Origin: an uncultured Bacteroidales bacterium | GTDB lineage: Bacteria; Bacteroidota; Bacteroidia; Bacteroidales; UBA3663 | NCBI GenBank assembly: GCA_937899265.1 | Contig: CALBPV010000005.1 | Location: 1,041 to 65,040, forward strand | Length of the DNA: 64,000 nt | Reading direction: 5' to 3' | Part shown: positions 26,540 to 36,040 of the stretch, piece by piece | Position numbering within the stretch: position 1 is the first letter of the stretch | Layout: each line of letters begins with the position of its first letter | The notes under the pieces: generated by a model | The model's database searches: none | What the model saw: the letters and a program-made list of their open reading frames with translations, nothing else | What the model was told of the DNA's origin: nothing | Position numbers and translations under genes: made by a program

Positions 26540-29500
26540 TGGAAATCAAGGATTTGGTCATTCAGAAACCCCGCTTCAACGCCCTCGCCAAGAAGCTGAG
26601 AAACCTCCGCCTCAACGACGAAGGACGGCAGCAGGTGATTCACCTCCCGGGCTTGTGCTGCTCGTCGGCAGCTACGTTTCTGGCTCCGCTCAAAAATGCT
26701 GTGACCGGCATCTTCCTCTTTGTGCTCAACGACGAGGAAGAAGCCGCCTACTTCTATCACGACCTCTGCCGCATCACCGATGAGGAACGCGTGCTCTTCT
26801 TCCCCTCGGCCTACAAACGTTCCATTCGCTACGGACAGATTGACTCTGCCAACGAAATTCTGCGCACCGAAGTGGTCGGTACGGTACGCAACCTGACCTC
26901 CGACTCCTGTCTGCTCCTGGTCTCCTACCCCGAGGCCTTGGCCGAGAAGGTGGCGATGCCGGAAGATGTGTCGGACAAACTGCTCCACCTCACCGCCGGC
27001 CAGACGATAGAGTCGAAAGCCGTGGTTGCCAAACTCAACGACCTGGGCTTCGAGCGTGTCGATTATGTTTATGAACCGGGACAGTTTGCCATTCGCGGCT
27101 CCATTCTCGATGTCTTTTCCTTCTCGTGCGAATATCCTTTCCGCATCGACTTCTTCGGCAATGAGATAGACTCGCTGCGCACCTTTGAGGTCGATACACA
27201 GCTCTCCAAGGACGTGCTCAAGGAGCTGACCATCGCTCCGTCGCTCTCCCAGAGTGCCACCAAGGGCATTTCCCTGCCCGAATTTCTGGGGAGTGACACG
27301 ATTACGGTGGTCAAGGATTTGCCCTGGGTGCTCGACCAGGTGGAGCATGTATGCAACACCGAACTTTCGACCCAATTGTTGGCTTCGGAAGAGGGCGACC
27401 TCACGGCTGTGGAAAAACTGGTGGGCTACGAAGCGTTCCGCCAGGCTTTTATGGCCTGTCACCGCATCGAAATCGGAGTCAGGTGCAGCCTCGATACCGC
27501 TGTATATAATAAGGTGTCCCGCAAAGAGATGCCCTCCCGTTCGGTCATCGAGTTCCACACAACACCCCAACCCCAATGGCACAAAAACTTCGACCTCATC
27601 GCGAAAGATTTGCGTCAGTATGTGACCGACGGATATACCATCCACATCCTGAGCGAAAGCCCCAAACAACTGGACCGCATCGAAGCCATCTTCAGCGACA
27701 GGGGCGACAATTTCCGGTTCGTGCGCGTGCTCAGAGCCATCCATGAGGGGTTTGTCGATGACGACACCCGCAACTGCTACTTTACGGACCACGAAATCTT
27801 CGACCGCTACCACAAGTACAGCCTCAAGTCGGAACGCGCCCGCAGCGGCAAACTGGCTCTCTCGCTCAAGGAACTGCAGGAATTCAATGTCGGCGACTAC
27901 ATCGTGCATGTCGATCACGGCATCGGACAGTTCGGAGGTCTCGTCGAGATGCCCATGACACTGCCCGACGGAACAACCCGCCGACAGGAAGTGGTCAAAC
28001 TCATCTACAAGAACCAAGACCAGCTCTACGTCTCCATCCACCAGCTCGACAAACTCTCCAAATACCGCGGCAAGGATGCCAATCCGCCCGTACTCTCCCG
28101 ATTGGGCGGCGGAACCTGGGAGAAACTCAAGGACAAGACGACCACGAAGATGAAAGACATGGCGCGCGAACTCATCACGCTCTATGCCAAGCGCAAAAAA
28201 GAGAAGGGTTTCAAATTTTCGCCCGACTCCAATATGCAGCAGAAACTGGAAGCATCGTTCATCTACGAGGATACACCCGACCAGCTGAAGGCCACCAACG
28301 ACGTGAAACGCGACATGGAATCCTCGAAGCCGATGGACCGTCTCGTCTGCGGCGATGTGGGCTTCGGCAAGACCGAGGTGGCGATACGTGCTGCCCTAAA
28401 GGCATGTGCCGACTGCAAACAAGTGGCCGTGCTGGTGCCCACCACCGTGCTCGCTTTCCAGCACTACAAAACCTTCAGCGAACGCCTGCAGGGCTTTCCC
28501 GTCCGCGTCGATTACCTCAGTCGCGCCCGTTCGGCCAGACAGACCACCCAGATTCTGAAGGACCTCAAGAGCGGCGACATCAACATCATTGTGGGCACCC
28601 ACAAACTGATAGGCAAGAATGTGGAGTTCTGCGACTTGGGACTGCTCGTCATCGACGAGGAACAGAAATTCGGAGTCAAGACCAAGGAGGCTCTCAAGAA
28701 ACTGCGCATCAGCGTCGATACGCTCACCATGACAGCCACCCCCATCCCGCGCACCCTGCAATTCTCGCTCATGGGAGCACGCGACCTTTCCATCATCGCC
28801 ACCCCTCCCGCCAACCGCTATCCCATCCAGACGGAGGTGCACCGCGATGAAGACTCTCTGGTGGCCGAAGCCATCAACTTCGAACTCTCGCGCAACGGAC
28901 AGGTCTTCTTCATCAACAACCGCATCTCCCAGTTGCCCGACATCGTCGAGCGAATCCACCGCCTCGTGCCCGATGCCCGTGTATGTTCGGCCCACGGACA
29001 AATGGCTCCGGAGAAAGTCGAGGAAATCATTCTCGACTTCGCCAACTGCGAATACGACGTGCTCGTCTGCACCACCATCATCGAAGCCGGCCTCGACATG
29101 CCCAATGCCAACACCATGATAGTGTCCAATGCCCAGAACTTCGGCCTTTCGGAACTCCACCAACTGCGCGGACGGGTAGGCCGCACCAACAAGAAAGCCT
29201 TCTGCTACCTGCTGTGTCCTCCCCTCTCGACCCTTACGCCCGATGCGCGCCGCAGGTTGCAGGCCATCGAGAACTTCTCGGGCCTCGGCTCGGGCATCCA
29301 TCTGGCCATGCAGGACCTCGACATACGCGGCGCCGGCAATATCTTCGGCGGGGAACAGAGCGGATTCATCACCGACCTCGGCTATGAAGCTTATCAGAAA
29401 ATCCTGCGCAAAGCCATCAACGACCTCAAGAGCGAGGAGTTTGCCGACCTCTACCAGGAAGAACTCCAAACGCACAAAACCGACATTGTGGAGGATGCCA

Positions 29501-29988
29501 ACCTCGAGACCGACCTGGACATACAGTTCGGCGAAGCATACGTGCCCGAGAGCGGCGAACGCATAGCTCTCTATCAGGAACTCGACAACCTCTCCCGGCC
29601 CGAAGAAATCGAAGCCTATCGCAAACGGCTCATCGACCGTTTCGGTCCTATTCCCGAGAACGGCGAAGAGCTGATACGCGTGGTGACCCTGCGCAGTCTG
29701 GCCAAACGGCTGGGATTCGAACGCATGGTGCTCAGACAAGGACTCTATCCCCATCCCCAAATCAAGAAGAACCAGGAACAAATGCGCTGTTTCTTCCCCG
29801 CCGACGAAAACAAACTCAACGTTTTCCTCAAGAGCGATGCCTACGCCCACATCATGAACTTCATGTCGAAATATCCCCGCGACTTCCAGTTCGAACAGCG
29901 CAGCAACGGACGCTACAGCATCGTCCTCCTGCGTGTCAACAGCGTGCGCGAGGCCATCGAATGGTTCGAAAAGATTTTGGAAGCATAA
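26539..29988 (+). CDS. mfd: Transcription-repair coupling factor.
   Basis: The true start is the ATG at 26539 ('MEIKDLVIQKP'), which overlaps the helicase stop (TGATG). Helicase motifs are 'GDVGFGKTEVA', 'LVIDEEQKFG', 'TATPIPRTL' and 'QLRGRVGR'. The track ORF 25348..29988 is an out-of-gene upstream extension. Confidence 0.95.
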   Translation: MEIKDLVIQKPRFNALAKKLRNLRLNDEGRQQVIHLPGLCCSSAATFLAPLKNAVTGIFLFVLNDEEEAAYFYHDLCRITDEERVLFFPSAYKRSIRYGQIDSANEILRTEVVGTVRNLTSDSCLLLVSYPEALAEKVAMPEDVSDKLLHLTAGQTIESKAVVAKLNDLGFERVDYVYEPGQFAIRGSILDVFSFSCEYPFRIDFFGNEIDSLRTFEVDTQLSKDVLKELTIAPSLSQSATKGISLPEFLGSDTITVVKDLPWVLDQVEHVCNTELSTQLLASEEGDLTAVEKLVGYEAFRQAFMACHRIEIGVRCSLDTAVYNKVSRKEMPSRSVIEFHTTPQPQWHKNFDLIAKDLRQYVTDGYTIHILSESPKQLDRIEAIFSDRGDNFRFVRVLRAIHEGFVDDDTRNCYFTDHEIFDRYHKYSLKSERARSGKLALSLKELQEFNVGDYIVHVDHGIGQFGGLVEMPMTLPDGTTRRQEVVKLIYKNQDQLYVSIHQLDKLSKYRGKDANPPVLSRLGGGTWEKLKDKTTTKMKDMARELITLYAKRKKEKGFKFSPDSNMQQKLEASFIYEDTPDQLKATNDVKRDMESSKPMDRLVCGDVGFGKTEVAIRAALKACADCKQVAVLVPTTVLAFQHYKTFSERLQGFPVRVDYLSRARSARQTTQILKDLKSGDINIIVGTHKLIGKNVEFCDLGLLVIDEEQKFGVKTKEALKKLRISVDTLTMTATPIPRTLQFSLMGARDLSIIATPPANRYPIQTEVHRDEDSLVAEAINFELSRNGQVFFINNRISQLPDIVERIHRLVPDARVCSAHGQMAPEKVEEIILDFANCEYDVLVCTTIIEAGLDMPNANTMIVSNAQNFGLSELHQLRGRVGRTNKKAFCYLLCPPLSTLTPDARRRLQAIENFSGLGSGIHLAMQDLDIRGAGNIFGGEQSGFITDLGYEAYQKILRKAINDLKSEEFADLYQEELQTHKTDIVEDANLETDLDIQFGEAYVPESGERIALYQELDNLSRPEEIEAYRKRLIDRFGPIPENGEELIRVVTLRSLAKRLGFERMVLRQGLYPHPQIKKNQEQMRCFFPADENKLNVFLKSDAYAHIMNFMSKYPRDFQFEQRSNGRYSIVLLRVNSVREAIEWFEKILEA

Positions 29989-30127
29989 CATTGCCTCAGA
30001 CATCTTCCATCGAATCCCTTGGCGAGGAGAAGCACAAATGCCTTGTGGGCGGATATTTTTGGGGAGGACATGCGGACAGGTTCCTGTCACAGATTGCCCG
30101 AGGCATCCTCACTGACAACTCGGGGAA

Positions 30128-30176
30128 AGCCTCTCCCCGGCCTCGCCTAAAGGAAAGGGAGCAAGGGGGAGAGGCT
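30128..30176. repeat. GC-rich inverted repeat (family member 3), a probable bidirectional terminator between convergent genes.
   Basis: AGCCTCTCCCC (30128-30138) and GGGGAGAGGCT (30166-30176) form a perfect 11-bp inverted repeat with a 27-nt spacer. It shares GGGGAGAGGC and GGCCGGGG strings with the element at 18136-18196. Confidence 0.7.
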
Positions 30177-30315
30177 GTCTGTCGGGGTCATATAACATGA
30201 CATAAGGGCCTTGACGAATAAATGCCTTTTCAGGAGATAGAGATGTCCCCGTCGGGATTCACATCCTGGCGGGGACTGTTGTTATGGAATAAATCCGATA
30301 TGGATACTGAAATGC

Positions 30316-31671
30316 TTATTTCTTGAATTCGGGAAGACCGTATGCACGGCTCACCTCGTTGTACTGGTCGATGAGTTCCTGCTTGTTGGGGCAAGAGGGC
30401 TTCTGGAACTTCTTGTAGAGGATGGTGCGCATGGCGTTGGCGATGGTGTTGTCGCTACGCTCGGAATCGAAAGCAAAAGCCTTCTCGTAGTAAGGAAGTG
30501 CGGCATCATAGAGAGGGCCGGCCACCTTATCTACGGCATCATACTGCTTCTTGTCATAAAGTTCGTTCTCCTTGTCGGTTGCCTTGTTGAAAGCAATACG
30601 GCCCAGGTTCGACCAGCTCTGGTAGTTGGTTGCGTCGAGTTCGGTAGCTTTCTTGTAGCATTCCTCGGCAGCGGCGTTGTCGCCCTGCATTTCGAGGAGA
30701 CGTCCCTTGAGATCGATGAAACGGGCGTTGTTGGGGTCGGTCTGGATGATGTTGTCGATGTAGTTGGCAGCCTCGGCATAGTTCTTCTGCTCGAGATAGA
30801 CATTCATCAGACTTGTGGCATACCAAGGCTCCTCGGGCATCTTCTGGACGCCCTCCTTGAGGATTTCGACGAACTTGGCCGTGTCCTGAAGGGTGAGATA
30901 CTCCTTGGCGAGAGACTGATAGATGAGGTTGGTCTCATAGTTCTTGTCCTTCATAGCCTCGAGAGCGGTGACGGCGAGGTTATGGTCCTCGGAGTAGATG
31001 GCAACGACGGCACGGTTGAACATGGTCTGGTTGATGGTGGAGTCGGCAGCGAGGGGAGCATACACAGATTCCTGGAGGATGGGATTGAGGGCAGCGCCGT
31101 CCTTGATAAGGTCGCTACGGGTAGCGTCGATGGATTTGGAGAATGCGTCGTAGGCTTTCTTCCACTCCTTGGCATTGTACCAGTAGCCGGCATTGGCACG
31201 GAGACCTCCGGTAATCTGATAGCACTCGAAAGCATGGGCTTTGACGGTCTCGAGGTTTTTGGCCTTGGGGTCGGTAGCCTTGTAGAGTTCGTAAGCCTTG
31301 GTGTAGTAGTCATAAGCGGCGTCGGTGCAGTCGTAGATGACCTTCTCGTCCATTGTACCTCCCAAAGCGGGCTTGTTGCGCTCGTTGTTCATCTGAGCGT
31401 ATTCCACTTCGCCGGCAGCAAAGTAGAATTCGGGGTTATCCTTGCTGTTGCTGTTGGCCTGAGCCTCGGCAATGGCAGCACGGGCGGCAGCGAAATCGGG
31501 TGTAGTGGCCTCTGAAGCCTTCTTGGCATCCTTAATTGACTTGTTGAATGCCTTGAGTTCTTCCTTGGCGGCCTTTTTGGCGGCTTTTTCGGCGTCATCG
31601 CCACCCGCATAAGCTGTGAAAGAGCCGAGCGTGAGAGCAGCGGCCAAAGCGGTAAGAATGATGCGTTTCAT
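30316..31671 (-). CDS. Tetratricopeptide-repeat (TPR) protein, secreted or periplasmic.
   Basis: It has a signal peptide ('ALTLGSFTAYA') and many TPR-like helical pairs ('AEECYKKATELDATNYQSWSNLGRIAF'). It lies downstream of gyrA on the same strand. Confidence 0.7.
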   Translation of the reverse strand: MKRIILTALAAALTLGSFTAYAGGDDAEKAAKKAAKEELKAFNKSIKDAKKASEATTPDFAAARAAIAEAQANSNSKDNPEFYFAAGEVEYAQMNNERNKPALGGTMDEKVIYDCTDAAYDYYTKAYELYKATDPKAKNLETVKAHAFECYQITGGLRANAGYWYNAKEWKKAYDAFSKSIDATRSDLIKDGAALNPILQESVYAPLAADSTINQTMFNRAVVAIYSEDHNLAVTALEAMKDKNYETNLIYQSLAKEYLTLQDTAKFVEILKEGVQKMPEEPWYATSLMNVYLEQKNYAEAANYIDNIIQTDPNNARFIDLKGRLLEMQGDNAAAEECYKKATELDATNYQSWSNLGRIAFNKATDKENELYDKKQYDAVDKVAGPLYDAALPYYEKAFAFDSERSDNTIANAMRTILYKKFQKPSCPNKQELIDQYNEVSRAYGLPEFKK

Positions 31672-31730
31672 TGTGAATGATGTTTTAAAGGGTGAATATT
31701 GAATTGGTAATTATTGTCACTTATCCCCGA

Positions 31731-31758
31731 GCGGTTGACATTAAGACCTGTCAACCGC
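31731..31758 (-). terminator. Hairpin 9 nt downstream of the gyrA stop.
   Basis: GCGGTTGACA-ttaagacc-TGTCAACCGC is a perfect 10-bp stem. There is no clear U-tract. Confidence 0.5.
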
Positions 31759-31766
31759 CCGAAGGT

Positions 31767-34457
31767 TTAATCATTAGTTTCTGTATCGGGCTGTTGGGGA
31801 GTTTGGTCCGTTGCGCCTTCTTCGGCAACAGGTTCCTCTTCCTCGGGATCCACTCGGCATACCGAAGCGATGTGGTCGCCTTTCTTCTCGAGATTGATGA
31901 GACGCACTCCCTGGGTAGCACGTCCCATGACACGAACGTCGTTGAGGTGGAGACGAATGACGATACCGGACTTGTTGATAATCATGAGGTCGTCGTTGTC
32001 GGTCACTACCTTGATGGCAGTGAGAGGACCGGTCTTGGCCGTGATTTGGAGGGTTCTTACACCCTTGCCTCCCCGGTTGGTGATTCGGTAATCGGTAATC
32101 TCGGAACGTTTTCCGTAGCCGTTTTCGGAGACAACCAGGATGGTGGGTTCGTCGGCCGTATGCTCAAGGTTCTCTTCTCCGCCGGTCTCTTCGGGCTCGA
32201 AGTCCTTGTCGGCAAAGAGCTCGCCGGCGGCAGCTTCCGTCTCAATGTCGTCAGCGTCGTCCGGCACGGCGGGATCGACTTCGATGCCGGGATAATCGAC
32301 AGCCACCATACCGATGAGTTCGTCCTGACCGTCATCGTCGAGATGCATGCCTCTCACGCCCGTTGCGACACGGCCCATGGTGCGTACTTTGTTCTCGGGG
32401 AAGGTGATGGCACGCCCGTTGCGGTTGGCGAGGACGATGTGTTTCCTGCCGTCGGTCAGAACCACACGAATCACCTCGTCGCCCTCGTTGATGCCGATGG
32501 CGTTGATACCGTTGCTGCGGGGACGGCTGTATGCCTCGAGTTTGGTTTTCTTGACAATGCCCTTCTTGGTGGCAAATACGAGATAGTGGGTCTCGTTGAA
32601 CTCAGCATCGTCGAGCGTATCGAGGCGGATGAACGCCGTAATCTTGTCGTCCGGGTCGATGTTGAGCATATTCTGGATGGCACGGCCCTTCTGCTGTTTG
32701 GTTGCTTCGGGCAGGTCGTAAACCTTGGTCCAAAAACAACGTCCCTTGCGGGTGAAGAACAGCAACCAATTGTGGTTGGAGGCCATGTACATATATTCGA
32801 TGAAATCGCTGTCGCGCGTACCGCTTCCTTTGGAGCCGACACCTCCTCGCGACTGGGCGCGGAAGTCGGAGAGCTGGGTGCGCTTGATGTAGCCCATGTG
32901 GCTGATGGTAATCATCACCTCGTCGTTGGGGATGAAGTCTTCGGCATTGAACTGCTCGCCGCGATAGTCGATGGCGGTGCGGCGCTCGTCACCGTACTTT
33001 TCCTTGATTTCGATGAGCTCGTCCTTGACCACCTTCATGCAGAGCACGTCGTCGGCGAGAATCTGCTTATAGTAGGCAATGAGACGTTCGAGTTCGTCGT
33101 ACTGGGCATGCAACTCGTCGATGCGGAGACCCGTCAACTGGGAAAGACGCATATCGACGATGGCCTTCGACTGGAGTTCGTCGATTTCGAAGCGCTGCTC
33201 GAGAGCCCGCTGTGCGTCGGCAGGAGTGCGGGAAGCACGGATGATGCGCACCACCTCGTCGATGTTGTCGCAGGCGATAATCAAGCCTTCGAGGATGTGG
33301 GCTTTCTTCTCGGCCTCGGCCAAGTCGTAGCGCGTGCGGCGAATCACCACCTCGTGGCGATGCTGCACGAAATAGGAAACCAGCTGCTTGAGATTGAGCA
33401 ACTCGGGACGGCCCAATGCTTCGGGATGTTCCGGGATGGGCACCAGGGCGATATTGTTGACCGAGAAGTTGGTCTGCATCTCGGTCATCTTGTAGAGTTT
33501 GTTGAGGATGACGTTGGAGTTGACGTCCTTCTTCAGCTCGATACAGATACGCATGCCCTGACGGTCGGTCTCGTCGTTCACATTGGCGATGCCTTCGATT
33601 TTCTTGTCGTCGGCCAACTGGGCGATGTGTTTGATGAGTTCGGCTTTGTTCACGCCGTATGGAATCTCGGACACAATAATGTTTTCGTGGAGACCCTGAG
33701 CTTCAATCTCGGCTTTGGCCCTCACCACCACACGTCCGCGTCCGGTCTCGTAGGCTTCCTTGACACCGTCGTAACCGTATATGATGCCGCCGCCGGGGAA
33801 ATCGGGCGCTTTGATGTACTGCATGAGGCCTTCGACCGTTATCTCGGGATTGTCGATGTAGGCACAAATACCGTCGATACATTCCGTCAGGTTGTGGGTA
33901 GGCATATTCGTTGCCATACCGACGGCGATGCCGTTGGCACCGTTGACGAGAAGGGTGGGAATGCGTGTGGGGAGCACTTTGGGCTCCAGGAGCGTGCCGT
34001 CGAAGTTGGGCATCATATCCACGGTGTCCTTGTCGATGTCGCGGAGCATCTCTTCGGAAATCTTCGACAGACGGGCCTCCGTGTAACGCATGGCAGCCGG
34101 CGAGTCGCCGTCCACCGAACCGAAGTTACCCTGTCCGTCCACTTGCGGATAACGCAAGTTCCAATCCTGGGCCATACGGGCCAAGGCTCCATAAACAGAA
34201 GAGTCACCGTGGGGGTGATACTTACCGAGCACCTCACCTACAATACGCGCACATTTCTTGGTGGGCTTGTCGTAGGTGTTGCCAATCTGTTCCATACCAT
34301 AGAGCACACGACGGTGCACGGGCTTGAAACCATCGCGCACATCAGGGAGGGCACGGGCCACGATGACCGACATAGAGTAGTCGATGTAGGACGAACGCAT
34401 CTCTTCTTCGATGTTCACGTTCACAATCCGACTGCTGTTCAAATTGCTGTCAACCAT
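31767..34457 (-). CDS. gyrA: DNA gyrase subunit A.
   Basis: Hallmarks are 'ARALPDVRDGFKPVHRRVLY', the active-site 'AAMRYTEARL', and 'GNFGS'. It carries an acidic ~51-aa insertion in the C-terminal domain and an acidic tail. Confidence 0.97.
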   Translation of the reverse strand: MVDSNLNSSRIVNVNIEEEMRSSYIDYSMSVIVARALPDVRDGFKPVHRRVLYGMEQIGNTYDKPTKKCARIVGEVLGKYHPHGDSSVYGALARMAQDWNLRYPQVDGQGNFGSVDGDSPAAMRYTEARLSKISEEMLRDIDKDTVDMMPNFDGTLLEPKVLPTRIPTLLVNGANGIAVGMATNMPTHNLTECIDGICAYIDNPEITVEGLMQYIKAPDFPGGGIIYGYDGVKEAYETGRGRVVVRAKAEIEAQGLHENIIVSEIPYGVNKAELIKHIAQLADDKKIEGIANVNDETDRQGMRICIELKKDVNSNVILNKLYKMTEMQTNFSVNNIALVPIPEHPEALGRPELLNLKQLVSYFVQHRHEVVIRRTRYDLAEAEKKAHILEGLIIACDNIDEVVRIIRASRTPADAQRALEQRFEIDELQSKAIVDMRLSQLTGLRIDELHAQYDELERLIAYYKQILADDVLCMKVVKDELIEIKEKYGDERRTAIDYRGEQFNAEDFIPNDEVMITISHMGYIKRTQLSDFRAQSRGGVGSKGSGTRDSDFIEYMYMASNHNWLLFFTRKGRCFWTKVYDLPEATKQQKGRAIQNMLNIDPDDKITAFIRLDTLDDAEFNETHYLVFATKKGIVKKTKLEAYSRPRSNGINAIGINEGDEVIRVVLTDGRKHIVLANRNGRAITFPENKVRTMGRVATGVRGMHLDDDGQDELIGMVAVDYPGIEVDPAVPDDADDIETEAAAGELFADKDFEPEETGGEENLEHTADEPTILVVSENGYGKRSEITDYRITNRGGKGVRTLQITAKTGPLTAIKVVTDNDDLMIINKSGIVIRLHLNDVRVMGRATQGVRLINLEKKGDHIASVCRVDPEEEEPVAEEGATDQTPQQPDTETND

Positions 34458-34511
34458 TTATTTGTCGTTTGAGTATATATTTATATATAATGTATTGAAA
34501 TTATTTGGCTG

Positions 34512-34519
34512 CAAAGATA
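34512..34519 (-). promoter_or_regulatory. Bacteroidota -7 box (TATCTTTG on the - strand) for gyrA.
   Basis: The + strand 'GGCTGCAAAGATAGTG' is the reverse complement of CACTATCTTTGCAGCC. It lies 55 nt upstream of the gyrA ATG. Confidence 0.65.
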
Positions 34520-34624
34520 GTGATTTTTATTGACAAAAACAAACAAAAAAGGCAAAATTCGCATTTTAAGGGGTCAAATTTCGATTTTATTTGCATTTTC
34601 GACCCCCTATCGAAAACTATTTCT

Positions 34625-34632
34625 TATCTTTG
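34625..34632 (+). promoter_or_regulatory. Bacteroidota -7 box TATCTTTG for folC.
   Basis: The context is 'TTCTTATCTTTGCAGAC', 27 nt upstream of the ATG at 34659. Confidence 0.7.
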
Positions 34633-34658
34633 CAGACGCAAAAAGAAACATATCTGCG

Positions 34659-35981
34659 ATGAATTACGAAGAAACGCTTCAATTTTTATACTCACAGCTC
34701 CCCGTTTTCGAATCGGTCGGAGCCCATGCCTACAAACCCGGACTGGAACGCGTCCGCGAGATGGACGAACTGATGGGACATCCTCACCGGTCGTTCCGGT
34801 CGATCCATGTGGCAGGAACCAACGGCAAAGGTACCACCTGCCACACGCTGGCCTCGGTGCTCCAATGTTCCGGCCACAAAACGGGACTCTTCACGTCGCC
34901 CCACCTCATCGACTTTGACGAACGCATCCGTGTGGACGGCGTGCCGGTGAGTCACGACTACGTAGTGGCATGGGTAGCCGAATGGTACGACCGCATCAGC
35001 CACCTCCGGCCATCGTTCTTCGAGCTGGCCACCATGATGGCCTTCTGCTGGTTCAGGGAGCAGCACTGCGACTGGGCAGTCATCGAAGTGGGTCTCGGCG
35101 GTCGTCTCGATTCGACCAACATCATCACCCCCGCCCTCAGCGTCATCACCAACGTGAGCTTCGACCATACACAGTTTCTCGGCGACACCCTTCCGCAGAT
35201 AGCCGGCGAGAAAGCCGGCATCATGAAGCGGGGCGTGCCCTGCGTGGTAGGCGAAGTAAACGGCTATGACAATCCGCTCCACCCCGAACGGCGGTGCGAG
35301 GCGGATGCGGTAAGAAAAGCCTACGTACTGGCGGCACAACGGGCCGGCGCTCCCCTGTTCTTTGCCTGCGACAATCCACAGGTGCTGTGGGTTACGCACG
35401 AGGGCGAACAAATGGTCTATCGGACAGTGATGGAAGGAGAACTCACTTCGCCGCTTACCGGCGACTGCCAGCCCCGCAACGCCAATACGGTACTCACGGC
35501 GCTGCACCTCCTCGACATCGCCACAGAGGAACAAATCCGGGAGGGATTTGCAGAAGTAATCGGTCGCACAAGCCTGACAGGACGCTGGCAGACCTTGCAG
35601 AGCCGTCCGCGCATCATAGCCGACACCGGGCACAACGAAGGCTGTTTCACTTACCTTGGCCCACAACTGCAGGCCTTCATCGACCGTGGCCAGACGCTCC
35701 GCATTGTCTTCGGCATGGTGGCCGACAAGGATGTCTGCACGGTCCTCGCCCTTCTACCCAAGCGGGCCGAATACTACTGGTGCAACGCTCCGACTCCCCG
35801 CGCCCTCCCTGCCGACGAACTGAGCCGAATGGCGGCAGAACAGGGATTGCACGGCAAGGTTTATGCCTCCGCCATCGAGGCCTACAGCGCAGCCCTCCGA
35901 CAGACGCGACCCGAAGACATTTTATACATCGGCGGCAGCAATTTCATCGTCTCGGAAGTACTGAAGTCATTTTTTCGGTAA
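34659..35981 (+). CDS. folC: Bifunctional folylpolyglutamate synthase / dihydrofolate synthase.
   Basis: It starts 'MNYEETLQFLYSQLPVF'; the track start 34530 lies upstream of the promoter box. It has the Mur-ligase P-loop 'VAGTNGKGTT' and 'TSPHLIDFDERI'. Confidence 0.9.
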   Translation: MNYEETLQFLYSQLPVFESVGAHAYKPGLERVREMDELMGHPHRSFRSIHVAGTNGKGTTCHTLASVLQCSGHKTGLFTSPHLIDFDERIRVDGVPVSHDYVVAWVAEWYDRISHLRPSFFELATMMAFCWFREQHCDWAVIEVGLGGRLDSTNIITPALSVITNVSFDHTQFLGDTLPQIAGEKAGIMKRGVPCVVGEVNGYDNPLHPERRCEADAVRKAYVLAAQRAGAPLFFACDNPQVLWVTHEGEQMVYRTVMEGELTSPLTGDCQPRNANTVLTALHLLDIATEEQIREGFAEVIGRTSLTGRWQTLQSRPRIIADTGHNEGCFTYLGPQLQAFIDRGQTLRIVFGMVADKDVCTVLALLPKRAEYYWCNAPTPRALPADELSRMAAEQGLHGKVYASAIEAYSAALRQTRPEDILYIGGSNFIVSEVLKSFFR

Positions 35982-36009
35982 AAAATTTGGCAGTTTGGAA
36001 AAAAAACAC

Positions 36010-36017
36010 TATTTTTG
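36010..36017 (+). promoter_or_regulatory. Bacteroidota -7 box TATTTTTG for fbp-holB.
   Basis: The context is 'CACTATTTTTGCAGCG', 24 nt upstream of the ATG at 36041. Confidence 0.65.
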
Positions 36018-36040
36018 CAGCGATATTTCAGCAACTCCCT

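Noticed and set aside
31692-34472. 926-aa ORF on the + strand opposite gyrA.
   Set aside because: It is a shadow ORF. The - strand encodes an unmistakable GyrA. The + strand translation is repetitive V/G/D/H-rich sequence with no start context or promoter.
35294-36040. Upstream extension of the fbp ORF (track start 35294) overlapping folC.
   Set aside because: It is Arg/Gly/Pro-rich out-of-frame reading of folC. A TAnnTTTG promoter box at 36010 and the conserved FBPase N-terminus place the start at 36041.
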